Below, in pieces: positions 36,091 through 50,228 of a stretch of 64,000 nt of DNA (its first letter is position 1; the number at the start of each line of letters is the position of its first letter). The notes under the pieces were generated by a model, which saw nothing but the letters and a program-made list of their open reading frames with translations, ran no database searches and was not told the DNA's origin. The stretch spans positions 167,278,001 through 167,342,000 of the forward strand of contig NC_058368.1 of NCBI RefSeq assembly GCF_018350175.1, written 5' to 3'. The translations under genes and the position numbers were made by a program. The DNA comes from Felis catus. Taxonomy: Eukaryota.

Positions 36091-37446
36091 CAGCTTCTCC
36101 AAGGCAAGGGCTAACAGTGTCTGCATCCCAGCGCCTACTAACACAAAGCCTACTACAGGGAGTGGTAGCTCTCAGTGTTGTGAAGATAAATCTTGTTACT
36201 GTTTGTTTTGGAGAAGAGGTATTTGAAGAGGGAAGGGGCAAGACTTCTAGCTGGGAAACGTACATGACTGGAAATGCTGAGAGTCGCCTGTATGAAGACT
36301 GCTCTAGCCATTGTGGGGCTGCAAAATGGGGATGGTGAGTGCTAAAATCTTCACACCGAATGATGTTAAGACTCACTTTCTGCACCACTTCTGACACACT
36401 TAGCCTATCCTGCCTCTGATTCTACCATCCCGCTGGGGGGCAACTTGCAAGTTCTACCGGCACTGTCAAGTAGTGCATACTTGATGCCCACAACATTAGC
36501 CCCTTTACTCCTACCTAAAGCTTACCCAATGACCCAGAGATAAGGGATAAGGCAGACCCCGGTGGCGATCACATATGGGCTACCCCTAATTGTGAAGAAG
36601 TTAACATTCCAAGGGGGCAAATCTGGCGAGATAAATTTGTCCCCCTTTCTCCACACCTTCCAGGACCCACCCCTCCGCCCCCACCATGTAATGAGCTAAA
36701 ACAAAGATTGTAAAGCCTCTCAACGACGTTTCTCGGAGTTACACTTGTCAGTTACACTTAGTGTTGGCCGAATCGGTAGTACTTGCTTGTATTTCTCTCT
36801 CTCTCTGGCCCTGCTTCCCTGCCCCCATCCCTCATTCTTAATCCCAAGTATCACATTCCTTCACAAGAGTAGGGAAGGCCCATAAGCCCTTTCTGAGCAA
36901 TCCAAGTTAAATAGATGGTATTGAGACAGGTCATTCATTTTTATATCCTTAACTATCAGGGTGCCTACCACAAATTTGGTGACCAATAAATATAAACTGG
37001 CAAGGATCAGAAAACTGGACAGAGAAAGGAATGCACCAAAACTATCCATCATGAGAAAATGTGAGAGAATAACTAAAAGATTGTGACTAAACTTTCCCCT
37101 CTATTAGCTGTGAGGCCAGCAGCCTTTTGGATATTCAACTTCTTTATAAAATGGAATTCTGAATTGTAAATTGTATCTCAACCTCATGAGAAAATAATAG
37201 TGGTAGTTTTCTGAAAATGATAAAACTAAAGTGTTAAGTTACTGCTTTGGTATAAAAGGCTTATATGGTAGCTTCCCCCCCCACCCCCACTCCCTTCAGA
37301 CATGAGGGTAGTTCCATATGTTAGCAATTAACACACATTAAAAAGAATTTTGAATAGCTGTGTGAGAATGAGATAGCCATAATAAAGATTGTGAGTGATT
37401 ACCTGAGATGAACATTTTCAGTTTTTGCTTCATGCTATATTTTTTT

Positions 37447-37599
37447 AAATATACAATACAGTATTATTAACTGTAGCCACCATGCTGTACAGCCCCAGGA
37501 CTTAATAACTTCATAACTGGAAGTTTGTAACTTTTGATCACCTTCACCCTATAGCCCAATCCCTACTCCCAACCCCTGCCTCTGGCAACTACCAAATCT

Positions 37600-37647
<48 letters not shown>

Positions 37648-38935
37648 GTTTCTTGGGAGTTTTTTTGTTTGTTTTTTTTAGATGCCACATAAAAGTGAGA
37701 TGATACAGTCTTTGTCTTTCTGTGACTGACTTCACTTAATGCCCTCAAGGTCCATCCGTGTTGTCACAAAAGGCAGGATTTCCTTCTTTATTATGGCAGA
37801 ATATATTCCATGTATATACCACACTACTTTATCCACTCGTCTGATGATGGACACTGTTTTCATGTCTTGGCTGTTACAAAAAATGCTGCAGTGTACATGG
37901 ATGTGCAGCTACCTTTTTGAGTTAGTGTTTTTGTTTTACCTGTTTATCCAAAACTGGAATTGCTGAATCATACTGTTTTCCTCCACACTGTTTTCTATAG
38001 TGACTGCACCAACTTACATTCCTATGAACAGTGCACAAAGGTTCCCTTTTCTCCAGAGTGTCATCAACGTTTGTTTCTGGTCTTTTTGATAATAGCCATT
38101 GTAACATGTGTGAGGTGATTGTGGTTTTGTTTTGCATTTCCCTGATACTTAATGATGTTGACCACCTTTTCATGTACTGTTGGCCATCTTCGGAGAAATG
38201 TCTATTCAGAACTTCCCTTTTCTTAATCATATTGTCTGTGTTTTGCTATGGAGTTTTAGGAGTTTTTTGTATTTTTTGGATGTTAACCCCTTATCAGATA
38301 TGTGATTTGCAATTTTCTCCCATTCCTTAGGTTGCCCTCTCATTTTGTTGGTTTTCTTTGCTGTGCAGAAGCCTTTTAATTTGATGTAGTCCTCTTGTTT
38401 ATTTTTTATTTTGTTCCTTTTGCTCTTGATGTCAAATTCGAAAAATGATTGCCTGGACAAATGTCAAGGAGCTTACTGCCCATGTTTTTTTCTAGGCATT
38501 TTATGGTTTCAGGTCTTTCATTGAAGTCTTTAATCCATTTTGAATTAGTTTTTGTGTATAGTATAAGAGAGTGGTCTAGTTTCAACTTTTTCATGTGGCT
38601 GTCCAGTTTTCCCAATACATTTATGGAAGAGATGGTCTTTTCTTCAATTTACATCTTTGTAACTTTATTGTAAATTGATGACATATGTGTGGGTTTAATT
38701 CTAGGCTATTGTTCTATTGATCTGTGTGTTTGTTTTTAATGACTATACCATACTGTTTTGATTATTATAGCTTTGTAACATATTTTGAAATCAGGAAGTG
38801 TGATGCCACCAGCTTTTTTTTTTTTTTTTTTTTTTTTTTTGTCAAGATTGCTTTTGCTATTCAGGGTCTTTGGTGGTTTCAAAAAAGTATTAAGATTGCT
38901 TGTTCTGCTTGTGTGAAAAAAATGCCGCTGAAATA
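37447..38935 (-). mobile_element. L1 (L1MA9/L1_Carn-like) 3'UTR + ORF2 C-terminus, degenerate
   Basis: AAATATACAATACAGTATTATTAACT 3'UTR. Fragmentary ORF2 peptides (KLDHSLILYTKTNSKWIKD; IKLKGFCTAK; LNRHFSED). Confidence 0.92.
37601..37642. repeat. (GT)21 microsatellite
   Basis: Direct read, inside the L1 3'UTR. Confidence 0.98.
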
Positions 38936-39019
38936 TTGTATTTTTTTCATTTAAAGACTTTTTAATATGTCAAGACTCCTATTTTACATGTTTTACTTTA
39001 TTTAGTACATAATTATTAT

Positions 39020-39150
39020 TTTCTTTATTTTCTTAAAGAGAAAATGGGGACCTAGAGCTATTCAGTAGTTTTTTCCAGATTCACAAAGTAGAAAAACCAG
39101 GATTTGAAACCAGATAGGCTGATTCCAGAACCCTCAGCCTAAACTATATG
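39020..39150 (-). mobile_element. MIR fragment
   Basis: GAGAAAATGGGGACCTAGAG...CCAGGATTTGAAACCAGATAGGCTGATTCCAGAACCC. Confidence 0.7.
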
Positions 39151-42100
39151 CTTCCCCTTTTTGTTTCCTCAGTATTTTTCATTTCATGATTTTGTTTTTC
39201 TTTCTTTATTGCACATTTAGACTCTTATGAGAAAATTTTAGATATGTTAAGATGATACTTTAGATACTTTAACATTTATTGTTTTTTGGTTTTTGAGTTT
39301 TCAAATTTTATTGAATAATTGATAAACAATATTGACATACAATTTTGTATTTGTGATTCAGTATTTATATGCAGTACAAAATGGTCACCACAATAAGTCT
39401 AGTTACCATCTGTCACCATTCAAAGTTGAGACAATATTATTGACTGTATTCCCTATGTTGTAAGTTGCATCCCTGTGTCTTATTTATTTTATAACTGGAA
39501 GATAAACTTCTTAATATGCTTCGCATATTCCCTTCCATCCCCTTCCCCTCTGGCAGCCATCACTTTCTGTATCTATGAGTCTTCTTTATTTGTCCATTTG
39601 TCTTGGTTTTTAGATTCCACATATAAGTAAAATCATATAGTATCTTTCTCTGTCTTATTTCATTTAGCATAATACCCTCTAGATCTATCCAAGTTGTCAC
39701 AAATGGCAAGATAGCATTCTTTTTAGGGCTGAGTAATATTCCATTGCGTGTGTGTTTATACATGATGACACTTAGGTGTGTCCATATCTTAGCTATTGTA
39801 GAGGTCTTAGCATAGAGGTTTTTCCCTTCCTTGGTTAAATTTATTTTAGTCTTTTTATTTCTGATGTAAATAGGATTGGTTTATTAATTTCTCTGTTTGC
39901 CAGTTTATTATTTAGTATATAGACACACAACAGTTTTGTCTATAGATGTTGTATCCTGCAATTTTACTGAACTGTGATTAATTTCAACATTTTTGATAGA
40001 GACATTTTTGTGTATCAGAGGTTTTTGATTTGTGGTTGCTATAAGCTGCATATATAACAACCTATGTTTAAGTAGTTTATCTTAAGCTGGTGGTCGCTTA
40101 AGTTCGAATACATTCAAAAAACACTGGATTTTTACTCCTTCCCCCTACATGTTAGTTTTTTGATGTCATCTTTTACATCTTTTTATTTTGCATATTCCTT
40201 AGCTCATAATTGTAGATACAGTTGATTTTACCACTTTTGTCTTTTAATCTTACTACTAGCTTTTTACATGGTTGATCTACAACCTTTATCATATGTTTGC
40301 CTTTATCAGTGAGACGTTTTTCTTTCATGTATTTTCTTATGTCTAGTCATGGCCTTTTCTGCTTAAGGAATATTTCATTAATATTAATATGTCCTCTAAA
40401 GTCACGTTAATAGTAATGAGCTCCTTTGATTTTTACATGTCTTTATATATAGGTACAATGGCATCTGAAAATAGGGACAGTTTTATTTCTTTCTTTCAAA
40501 TTTAGATGCTTTTTATTTCTTTTACTTTCCCAGTAGCTCTTCCTAGGGCTTCCAATACTGTGTTCAATAAAAGCAACAAGAGTGGGCATTCTTGTGTTTT
40601 TCCTGATCTTAGAGAAAAAACATTGAGCTTTTCACTGAGTGTGATGTTAGCTGTGAGCTTGTCACATGTGGCCTTTATTGTATTGAGGCCCATTCCCTCT
40701 GCACCCACCTTGTTGGAGGTCTTTGTCATACATGAATGTTAAGTTTTGTCAAATGCCTCTTCTACATCTATTGAGATGATCATATAATTTTTATCCTTCA
40801 TTTTGTCAAAATGTCAAAATTACATTGATTTTGCACATGTTGAAGCATTCTTGGTCTCTTGAATACCACTTGAATCTGGTGTATGTGTATTACTAATTTT
40901 GATTTGCTAATATTTTGTTGAGGATTTTTGCACCTACACTTACCAGGAATATTGGCCTATAATTCTCTTTTCTTGTGTCATGCTTGCCTGGTTCTGGTAT
41001 CAGAGTAATGCTGACCTCATGAATAAGTTTGGAAGTATTCCCTCTTCTTGTATTTTTTGGAAGAATTTGAAAAGGATTAGTGTTAATTCTTTAAATGTTG
41101 GGCATAACTCACCGTAAGCCATCTGGTCTTGGGCTTTAGTTTGTTGAAGTGTTTTTGATTACTGACTCAATCTCCTCATTAGTATTGGTCTGTTCAGGTG
41201 TTTTATTTCTTTAATGATTCAGTCTCAGTAAGCTGTATCCTACTAAGAATTTAGCCATTTTATTCTGGGTTGTCAAATTTATTGGCATTTGTTCTTAGTC
41301 ATCTCTTGTGATCTTTTTGTATTTCTGCGATATAACTTGTAATATCTCCTCTTTTGTTTCCGATTTTGAGTTTTTTTTTTTTTTGCCTTAGTGATTCTAG
41401 CATATGGTTTGTCAATTTTGCTTATCTTTTCAAAAGACCACCTTTTCATTTCATTGATCTTTTCTATTGTTTTCTCATCTCTATTTCTGCTCTGATCCTT
41501 ATTTCTTTTTCTAGTTCTTTAAGTTGTAAATGTAGGTTGTTTGAGATATTTCTTATTTCTTGAGGCAGGCATTTATATTGCTATGAACTTTCCTCTTAGA
41601 ACTGGTTTCACTGCATCCCATCAGTTTTGGTATGTTGTATTTTCATTTGTCTAAAGAAATTTTTTTAATTTCTGTTTTGAGAACTTTTTTGGAGAACTGG
41701 TTTGCCTAATTGCTTGTTGAGGTATAACATAGTGTTAATCTCCACATATTTGTAAATTTTCCAACTTCATCTTGTAGTGGATTTTAGTCTCATAGCACTG
41801 TGGTTAGAAAAGATGCTTGATAACGTTTCAATCTTAAATTTCTTAAGATTTAATAAATGTATAAAATTTATTAAAATAATTTTGTGTCCTAATTTATCTT
41901 TTCTGGAGAATGTTTCATATGCAATTGAAAAGCATGGGATGTTTTTGCTTTTAAATGGAATGCTATGTACATGTCTGTTAAGTTCATCAACTCTAAAGTG
42001 TCATTTAAGGCCAATATTTCCCTATTGATTTCCTGTCTGGAAGATCTATCCATTGGTGAAAGTGAGACCTTAAAGTCCTGGGCTGTTATTGTACTGATGG

Positions 42101-43740
42101 TTATGTCTCTGTATAAGTCTGTTAATATTTGTTTTATATATTCAGGTGTTCTTATGTTGGGTGCATATGTATTTACAGTGTTATAGCCTCTTGCCTGTTG
42201 ATAAACAGGTCAATCCAGTAATGGCCTTTGTCTTTTATTACAATTTTTGTCTTATTTTGTGTGATATGAATATATCTACCACAGCTTTCTTTTGGTTCAG
42301 TGTTGAACTATCTTTTTCCGTCCCTTTACTTTCAGTCTCTGTGTCCTTATATCTAAAATGATCTCTTGTAGGCAGCATGTAGTTTCGGTCTTATTTTTTA
42401 TTCGTTCAGCCAAGCTGTGTATTTGATTGGAGGATTTAGTCCATTTATATTTAAGTTAATTATTGATAGGTAAGGACTTACTGTCATTTTGTTTCTTTCT
42501 GATGGTTTTGTAACTCCTTTGTTCATTCTCTTGCTCTCTTTCATGATTGGATGATTTTTCTGTAGTGTTATGCATAGATTCCTCTGCTTTTTGTGTAGGT
42601 ACTCTAGGTTTTTGCTTTCTAGCTATCATGAGGCCTCCATAAAACAACTTATAACAGTCTATTCTAAGTTGATAACTGCTTAAGTTAAAGCACTATACTT
42701 TTATTCCCTCCACCCATGTTGTATGTTTTTTATGTCAAGTTTTTTTTTCTTTTTCCCCCCAGTTTAATTGAGATATAATTGACATACAGCCCTCGATAAG
42801 TTTAAGGTGTATACCATTATGATTTGATTTCTACAGTTTGTGAAATGATTACCACAGTAAGTTCAGTTAACATTCATCATCTCATGATACAAAAAAAATC
42901 AAAAAATGCTTTTTTTTTTCTTGTGATGAGAACTCCTGGGATATACTCTCATAACAACTTTCAAATATACCATACAGCAGTATTAACTGTAGTTATCATG
43001 ATGTATATTATATTCTTCATATTTACTTGTCTCTTAAATAGAAGTTAGTACCTTTTACCATCTTCATCCAATTCCCTCTCTCTATCCCCCTCCCCACTTC
43101 TACTAACTACATATCTGATCTCTTTTCTGTTCCTTTTTTTTTTTAAGGTTGACTACTTGAGATTGTACAGTATTTGTCTTTCTCTGTGTGACTTACTTCA
43201 CTTAGCAAAATGCCCTCAAGGTCCATCAAGTTTGTCATAAATGGCAGAATTTCTTTCTTACTGACTAAATAATATTCTATTATATATATGTACCACAAAG
43301 TTTTTAGCCATTCATCTGTCGGTAAACACTTAGGTTGTTTTCATATCTTGGCTATTGAAAATAGGAATGAACAAAGGATGCACATATCTTTTTGACTTGG
43401 TCTTTTCATTTTCTTGAAAAAACACGTGGAATTGCTAGATCATGTGAGAGTTATATTTTTAATTTTTGAGAAACCTCTATACTGTTTTCTAAATGGCTGT
43501 ACCAGTTTACAGTCTTACCAAGAGCACACAAAGTCTCCTTTAATACACATTTATACCAACACTTGTTTTCTCTTACCGTTTTGAAAATAGCCATCCTAAC
43601 AAGTGTGCAGTGATACCTCGTTGCTTTTTTTATTTGCATATCCCTGATGATTAGTGATAATGAGACTTTACATGTAACTTTTGAACGTTTGTATGTCTTC
43701 TTTGAAAAAAATGTCTATTTAGGTTCTCTGCTCATTTTTT

Positions 43741-43962
43741 TTTAATTTTTTTTTTAACATTTATTTATTTTTGAGACAGAGCGAGAGAGAGAGAGCGTGA
43801 ACAGGGGAGGGACAGAGGAAGAGGGAGACATAGAATCTGAAACAGGCTCCAGGCTCTGAGCTGTCAGCACAGAGCCTGACGCGGGGCTCGAACCCACAGA
43901 CGGCGAGATCATGACCTGAGCCAAAGTCGGACACTTAACCGACTGAGCCACCCAGGCGCCCC
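43741..43962 (-). mobile_element. CanSINE (SINEC_Fc-like) in L1
   Basis: TSD TCTCTGCTCATTTTTT at 43725-43740 and 43964-43979. Confidence 0.97.
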
Positions 43963-44478
43963 ATCTCTGCTCATTTTTTAATCAGACTCTTGGGTTTTTT
44001 GCTATCAGGTTGTAGGAGTTCTTTATGTATTTTGAATATTAACCTCTTATCAGGCATGATTTGCAAATATTTTTCCCATTTGGTAGTTTGCCATTTTATT
44101 GATGGTTTTCTTTGCTATGCAGAACTTTTTTTATTCTAAGTGAAGAAGCTTACTGCTAATATATTTTTTTTTATAGTAGTTGTATGGTTTCAGGCATTAG
44201 GCTGAGGTCTTTAATCCATTTTGAATTTGTTTTTGTATATGGTATAAGAGACTGGTTCCATTTCATCTTTTGCACGTGGCTGTCTACTTTTGCCAGTACC
44301 ATTTATTGAAAAGAGTATCCTTTCCCCATTGTTTATTCTTAGCTACTTTGTCATACATTAATTGACCATGTGTTTGTAGGTTTATTTCTGGGCTCTCTAT
44401 TCTGTTCCATGAACTTTGTAATATAGTTTGAAATCAGGAAGCATGATGCCTCCACCTTTGTTCTTAAGATTGCTTTGA

Positions 44479-44587
44479 GGGGTGCCTGGCTGGCCCAGTT
44501 GGTAGAGAATGTGACTCTTGATCTTGAGGTCATGAGTTTAAGCTCCAAGTTAGGCATAGAATTTACTTTAAAAAAATAAAAATAAAA
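44479..44587 (+). mobile_element. Short tRNA-Lys-derived carnivore SINE (no CT linker)
   Basis: GGGGTGCCTGGCTGGCCCAGTTGGTAGAGAATGTGACTCTTGATC...A tail. TSD AAG(A/G)TTGCTTTGA at 44466-44478 and 44588-44600. Confidence 0.9.
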
Positions 44588-47163
44588 AAGGTTGCTTTGA
44601 CTATTTGGGGTCTTTTGTGATTACATACATATTTTAGGATTGTTTCTTCTATTTCTGTGAAAAATGCCATTGGAATCTTAATAAGGATTATACTGAATCT
44701 GTAGATTGTTTTTAATAAAATGGAGATATTAACAATATTCTTCCAATCTGTGAAACAGAATATGTTTCCATTTACTTGTATCTTCTTCAATATTTTACAT
44801 CAATGTCTTGAAGTTTTCAGTGTGTAAAGATCTTTCACTTCCTTGGTTAAATTTATTACTAGGTATTTTATTCTTCTTGAATTATAAACAGGAGTGTTAA
44901 TTTCTTTTGGTAGTTATTAGAATATAAAATTGCAACAGATTTTTGAATGTTGATTTTTGTATCCTCAAGCTTTTCAGAATTCATTTATTCTAGTAGTTTG
45001 ATATAGTCTGTAGGGTTTTCTATATATAAACATATATTTAAATAATATATTATCATCTGTAAATAATGACAATTTTACTTTTCTAATTTGTATGCTTTTT
45101 ATTTAGGAGTTCTTTATAATTTTGTATATTAACTCCTCATTAGATATATGGTTTGCAAATATTTTTCACCATTTTGTAGGTTGTCTTTTCATTTTGTTGA
45201 TCATTTATTTTGCTGTGCAGAAGTTTAATGTAGTTCCAGCTGTTTATTTTTTACTTTTTTATTTCTTGTGTTTTACATGTCCTATCAAAAAACCATTGCC
45301 AAGACCCATATAAAAGAGTTTGTTCATATGTTTTCTCTTAGGAGTTTTTATGGTTTCTGATCTTAAATTTAAATCTTAATCCATTTTGTCAATTTGTGTG
45401 AGTAATGTAAGATATAGGTCTAGTTTCATTCTTTTACATGTGAATATCAAATTTTCCCAGCACCATTTAAGATACTGTTTTTTCTCCATTAAGTATTCTT
45501 GCCTCCCTTGTCAAATACTAGCTTACTATATTTGCATCAGTTTATCCCTGCGTTCTCGATTCGGTTCCATTGGTGTACATGTCTGTTTTTATGTCAATAC
45601 CCTACTGTTTTTAATTACTATATCTTTATAATATAGCTTGATATCAGAAAATGTGATACTTCTGCCTTGTTCTTCTTCCTTAGGATTTCTTTGGCTATGC
45701 AGAGTCTTTGTAGTTCCACATAAATTTTAGAATAGTGTTTCTACTTCTGTAAAAAAAAAAAAATGACACTGGAAATTTCATAGGGACTACATTGAATCTG
45801 TAGGTGGCTTTGGATAGCATGGACTTTTTAACAATATTAAGTCTTTCAGTCCATAAAAATACAATATCTTTCCATTTGTGTCTTCCTTAATTTCTTTTAT
45901 TAATGTCTTAGGGTTTTCAGTGTAGAGATCTTTCATCTCCTTGGAAAAAATATTCCTAACTGTTTAATTATATTTTTATGCCATTGTAAATGGGTTCATT
46001 TTCCTTATTTCTTTTTCTGATAATTCATGTTAGTGTATAGAAATACTACTGATCTTTGCATGTCAGTTTTGTATACTGCAACTTTACTTATTAGATCTAA
46101 CAGTTTTTTGGTTTGGTCTTTAGGATTTTCTGCATAAGATATTATCTCATCTTCAAATAGAGCCTATTTTACTTCTTCCTTTCCAATTCGGATGCCATTA
46201 ATTTATTTTTCTTGCCTCATTTCTCTGGCTAGGACTTCCAATAGTTGAATAGGAGTGGTGAGAATGGGCTCTCACCTTATTCCTGATTTAAAGTAAAAGT
46301 ATTCAGCCTTTCACCATTGAGTATGATGTTGGCTGAGGGTTTGTCATATCTGGCATTTAGTATTTTAAGGTATGTTCCTTCTATATCTAATTTAAAAGTG
46401 TTATCAAGGAGTGTTGAATTTTTTCTAATGCTTTTTTTTTACATCTATTGAGATAGTATTTTTTTCTTGAATTGTATTAATGTGATATATCATTTTGATT
46501 TTACAGATATTGACATATTCTTACTTCTCAGGGATAAATTCCACTTGAACATGGAGCATGATATTTTTAATGTGCTGCTGAATTTGATTTGCTAGTATTT
46601 TATTGAGAATTTTTACATCTATATTCATCAAGGTATTGGTCTGTAGTTTTCTTGTAGTATCCTTTACTGACTCTGGTATCAGGATAATGCTGGCCTCAAA
46701 AAAAAAAAGAGTTTGAAAGTGTTCCCTCTTCTATCTTTTTGGAAGAGTTTGAGAAGGATTGGTATTAATTCCTCAAATGTTTGGTAGAATTCACCAATAG
46801 GCCATCTGGTCTTGAACTTTTGTTTGAGAGGGTTTTCTCTTACTGATTCAATCTCTTTAGTAGTATTTGGCCACTTCACTTGTTTTATGTCTTCATGATT
46901 CAGTCTTGATAGGTTGTATGTTTCTAAGAATTTATCAATTTCTTTTACATTGTCCAATTTGTCGGCATATAATTGTTCATAGTAGTCTCTTATGATCTTT
47001 TGTATTTCTGTGGGTTCAGTTATAACATCTCTTTCATTTCAGATACTATGTTTTTCTCTTGATGAGTCTAGCTATAGATTTGTCAATTTTGTTTATCTTT
47101 TCAAAAAATAATTCTTATTTCAATTATCTTTTCTCTTGTCTTTTTAGCCTCTATTTCCATTCT

Positions 47164-47380
47164 TTTTTAAATGTTTACTTATGTATTTTGAGAGAGAGAG
47201 AGCATGTGCATGCATGGAAGGGGCAGAGAAAGAGACAGAGAAGGAGAGAGAGAATCCCAACCAGACTCCATGCTGTTGGCACAGAGCCCAACATGGGGCT
47301 CAATCCCACAAACCTGTAATCATGACTGGAGCTGAAATCAAGAGTCAGATGCTTAACTGACTGAGTCACCCAGGCGTCCC
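47164..47380 (-). mobile_element. CanSINE in L1
   Basis: SINE body ending CAGGCGTCCC, with flanking TTTCCATTCT repeats. Confidence 0.94.
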
Positions 47381-48494
47381 TAATTTAGTTTCCATTCTGA
47401 TCATTGTTATTTCCTTCCTTCTATCTTTGGGCTATGTTTTTTTTTCTTTTTCTAGTTCCTTATGGTGTAAAGTTAAGTTGGTATTTGAGATCCTTCTTGT
47501 TTCCTGATGTGGATCCTTCTCAGGCCTGCTTTGGTGCTTCTCATGTTTTGGTATATTATTTCCATTTTCATTATCCTAAATACTTCTTTATTTCCCCTTT
47601 AATATCTTTGTTAATCCACTGATTTTTTTAGGAGTGTTGTTTAATTTCCATGTCTTCTTGACTTTTCCAGTTTTCTTCCTTTTATGGATTTCTAGTTATT
47701 TCTAGTTTCGTTGTGGTTAAAGAAGATGCTTGGTATGATTTCAGTATTCTTGAATTTGCCAAGACTTGTTTTGTAGTATCACATGTGGTCTATCCTATAA
47801 AATGTTTCACATGCACTTGAGAAGAGCGTGTATTCTGCTGTTTAGGACAAAATATTCTATTTATGTGTATTAGGTCCATTTGGCCTGTAGAATTATTCAA
47901 ATACACTTTTTCCTTACTGATTCTCTGTCTGGATGAGCTATTTGAGAATGGGGTGTAAAGTCCCCAATCATTATTGTATTTCTGATAATTTCTACATATT
48001 GATCTTTTATATTTTCTCTACACATTTAGGTGATCTGATGTTGTGTATATAACTATTTGCAAATGTTAAATATTCTTGACCCCTTTATTAATATAATGTC
48101 CTTCTTTCTTTTTTAAAAACATTTTTAAAGTCCTTTCTATCTAACTATGCTTGTTTTTTTTTGTTTTGTTTTGTTTTTTTTTTTTTTTGGTTTTTTTTTT
48201 TTGGTTAATATTTGCTTGAGATATCTTTTTCCATCATTTACTCACAATCTGTATGTGTCTTTAAAACTGAAAGGAATCTCTCACCGGCAGCATATCTTTG
48301 GATTTTTTCCAGTAATTTCAGCCTTTGTGTTTCTTTTGTTTCAAAAACTTAATCCATTTGTATAAAGTAATTATTGATAAGGATTTATTGCCATTTTTTT
48401 GTTTCTGGCTATTTTGTAGATCTATTGTTTCTTCTTACCATGTTTTTTTGTATGTGTGTGTTTTGTTATCTTTCGGTATCACTATGCTGACAAA

Positions 48495-48716
48495 TTTTTT
48501 TAACATTTATTTTTTTTTAATGTTTATTTATTTAATTTGAGACACATAGAGCACAAGCAATGGAGGAACAAAGAGAGAGGGAGACAGAATCCCAAGCAGG
48601 CTCTGCACTGCCAGTGTGGAGCCTGATGTGGGGCTCAATCCCATGAAACGTGAGATGATAACCTGAGCCAAAACCAAGAGCTAGATGCTTAACTGACTGA
48701 GCCACCCAGGCACCCC
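48495..48716 (-). mobile_element. CanSINE in L1
   Basis: SINE body. TSD A(C/G)TATGCTGAC. Confidence 0.94.
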
Positions 48717-48990
48717 AGTATGCTGACTTCTTAATCTTTTTTTATGTGTGTAATTATTATAGATTTTTCCCTTGTGGTTACCATGAAGCTTACACAAAAC
48801 ATCTTAAAATACATAACACCTTGTTTTAAACTAAGAACTTTGATAACAATTCTAAACTTTACACTTCTACTCCCCTCCCCCTCACATAGTAGGTTATTGA
48901 TGTAACAGGTTACATATTTTTTTATAGTGTGTCTAATAACAGATTGTGATAGTTATGGCTATTTTTACTACATTTGGTTTTTAGCTTCTA

Positions 48991-49207
48991 TTTTTTTAGT
49001 TATTCTTTTAAGGTTTATTTATTTTGAAAGAGAGAGAAAGAGAAAGAACATGAGTAGGGGAGGGGCAAAAAGAGGGGGAGAAAGAGAATCCCAAGCAGGC
49101 TCCATACTGTTAGCTCAGAGCTCAGTGCGGGGCTGGAACCCATGAACCGTGAGATGATGACCTGAGCCAAAGACAGATGCTTAACCAACGAGTCACTCAG
49201 GGCCCCC
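48991..49207 (-). mobile_element. CanSINE in L1
   Basis: SINE body. TSD TGGTTTTTA(G/A)CTT(C/T)TA. Confidence 0.93.
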
Positions 49208-50020
49208 TGGTTTTTAACTTTTAAAGTTAAGTGAAGTTGTAAGTGAATTTCACACCACCATTACCTATTATAGAATCTAACATTGACTATGTATTTATCA
49301 TTACCAGTTTTATGTTAGCTTATGTTTTTATGATGTTCATTAGTATCCTCTTAGTTCTATTCAATGAACTCCCTTTAAATGTTTTTGTAAGGCAGGTGTA
49401 GTGGTGATGAACTCCCTCAGCTTTTGTTGGTTTGGTAATCTTTATCTTGATTTCACGTCTGAGGGACAACTTCACTGTTTAAAATTCTTGGTTTAAAATT
49501 CTTCCCATTCTTTCCTGGTCTGAAAAGTTTCTGCTGAGAAATTTGTCTGCACCCTTATGCTGGGTAGGGGGATTCCCTTGTGTTTAATTTTTCTTTTCTC
49601 TGTCTGCTTTCAAAATTCTTTGTCTTGAATTTGATGTGTGTGAATTGTAATGTGTCTCAGTGTAGCCCTATTTGGGTCCAACCTATTTGGAGTCCTTTGG
49701 GCTTCATGAATCTGGAAATCTATTTTTCCCCCTCAGGTTTGGGACATTTTAGCCATTATTGCTCTAAATGTACTTTCTGTCTCTTTCTCTTTTTCTTCTC
49801 TTTATGGAATTTGATAATATGTATAGTATTTGTCGTGTGTCCAATAGGCCCCATCAGGTTTCTTTACTCTTTTTCATTCTTTTTTCTTCTTGCTCTTCTG
49901 ACTGAAGAGGGATTTGCTTTCATGTTTTCTGGGTTTTTTGTTGAACTTCTCATATTCTTCATGCCTTGTTTGCTAATTTCATTTCATTTTCTGTGTGTTC
50001 TTATAGTTTTCAAAACTTTT

Positions 50021-50228
50021 TCTTTATGTTTTTTAAATGTTTATTCACTTATTTTGAGAGAGGAGAGGGGCAGAGAGAGAGGGAGAGAAAGAATCCCAAG
50101 CAGGCTCCATGCTCAGCATGGAGCCCAACATGGAACTCCATCTAAGGACCACAAGATCACAACCTGAGCTGATACCAAGCCAATATCAAGAGCTGAATGC
50201 TCAACCAACTGAGCCACCCAGGGACCCT
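50021..50228 (-). mobile_element. CanSINE in L1
   Basis: SINE body with flanking CAAAACTT repeats. Confidence 0.92.

Noticed and set aside
44479..44560. tRNA-Lys gene
   Set aside because: The tRNA-like head is followed by an A-rich tail and flanked by a TSD, and the stems are degenerate. It is a SINE. The same applies to all other SINE heads.
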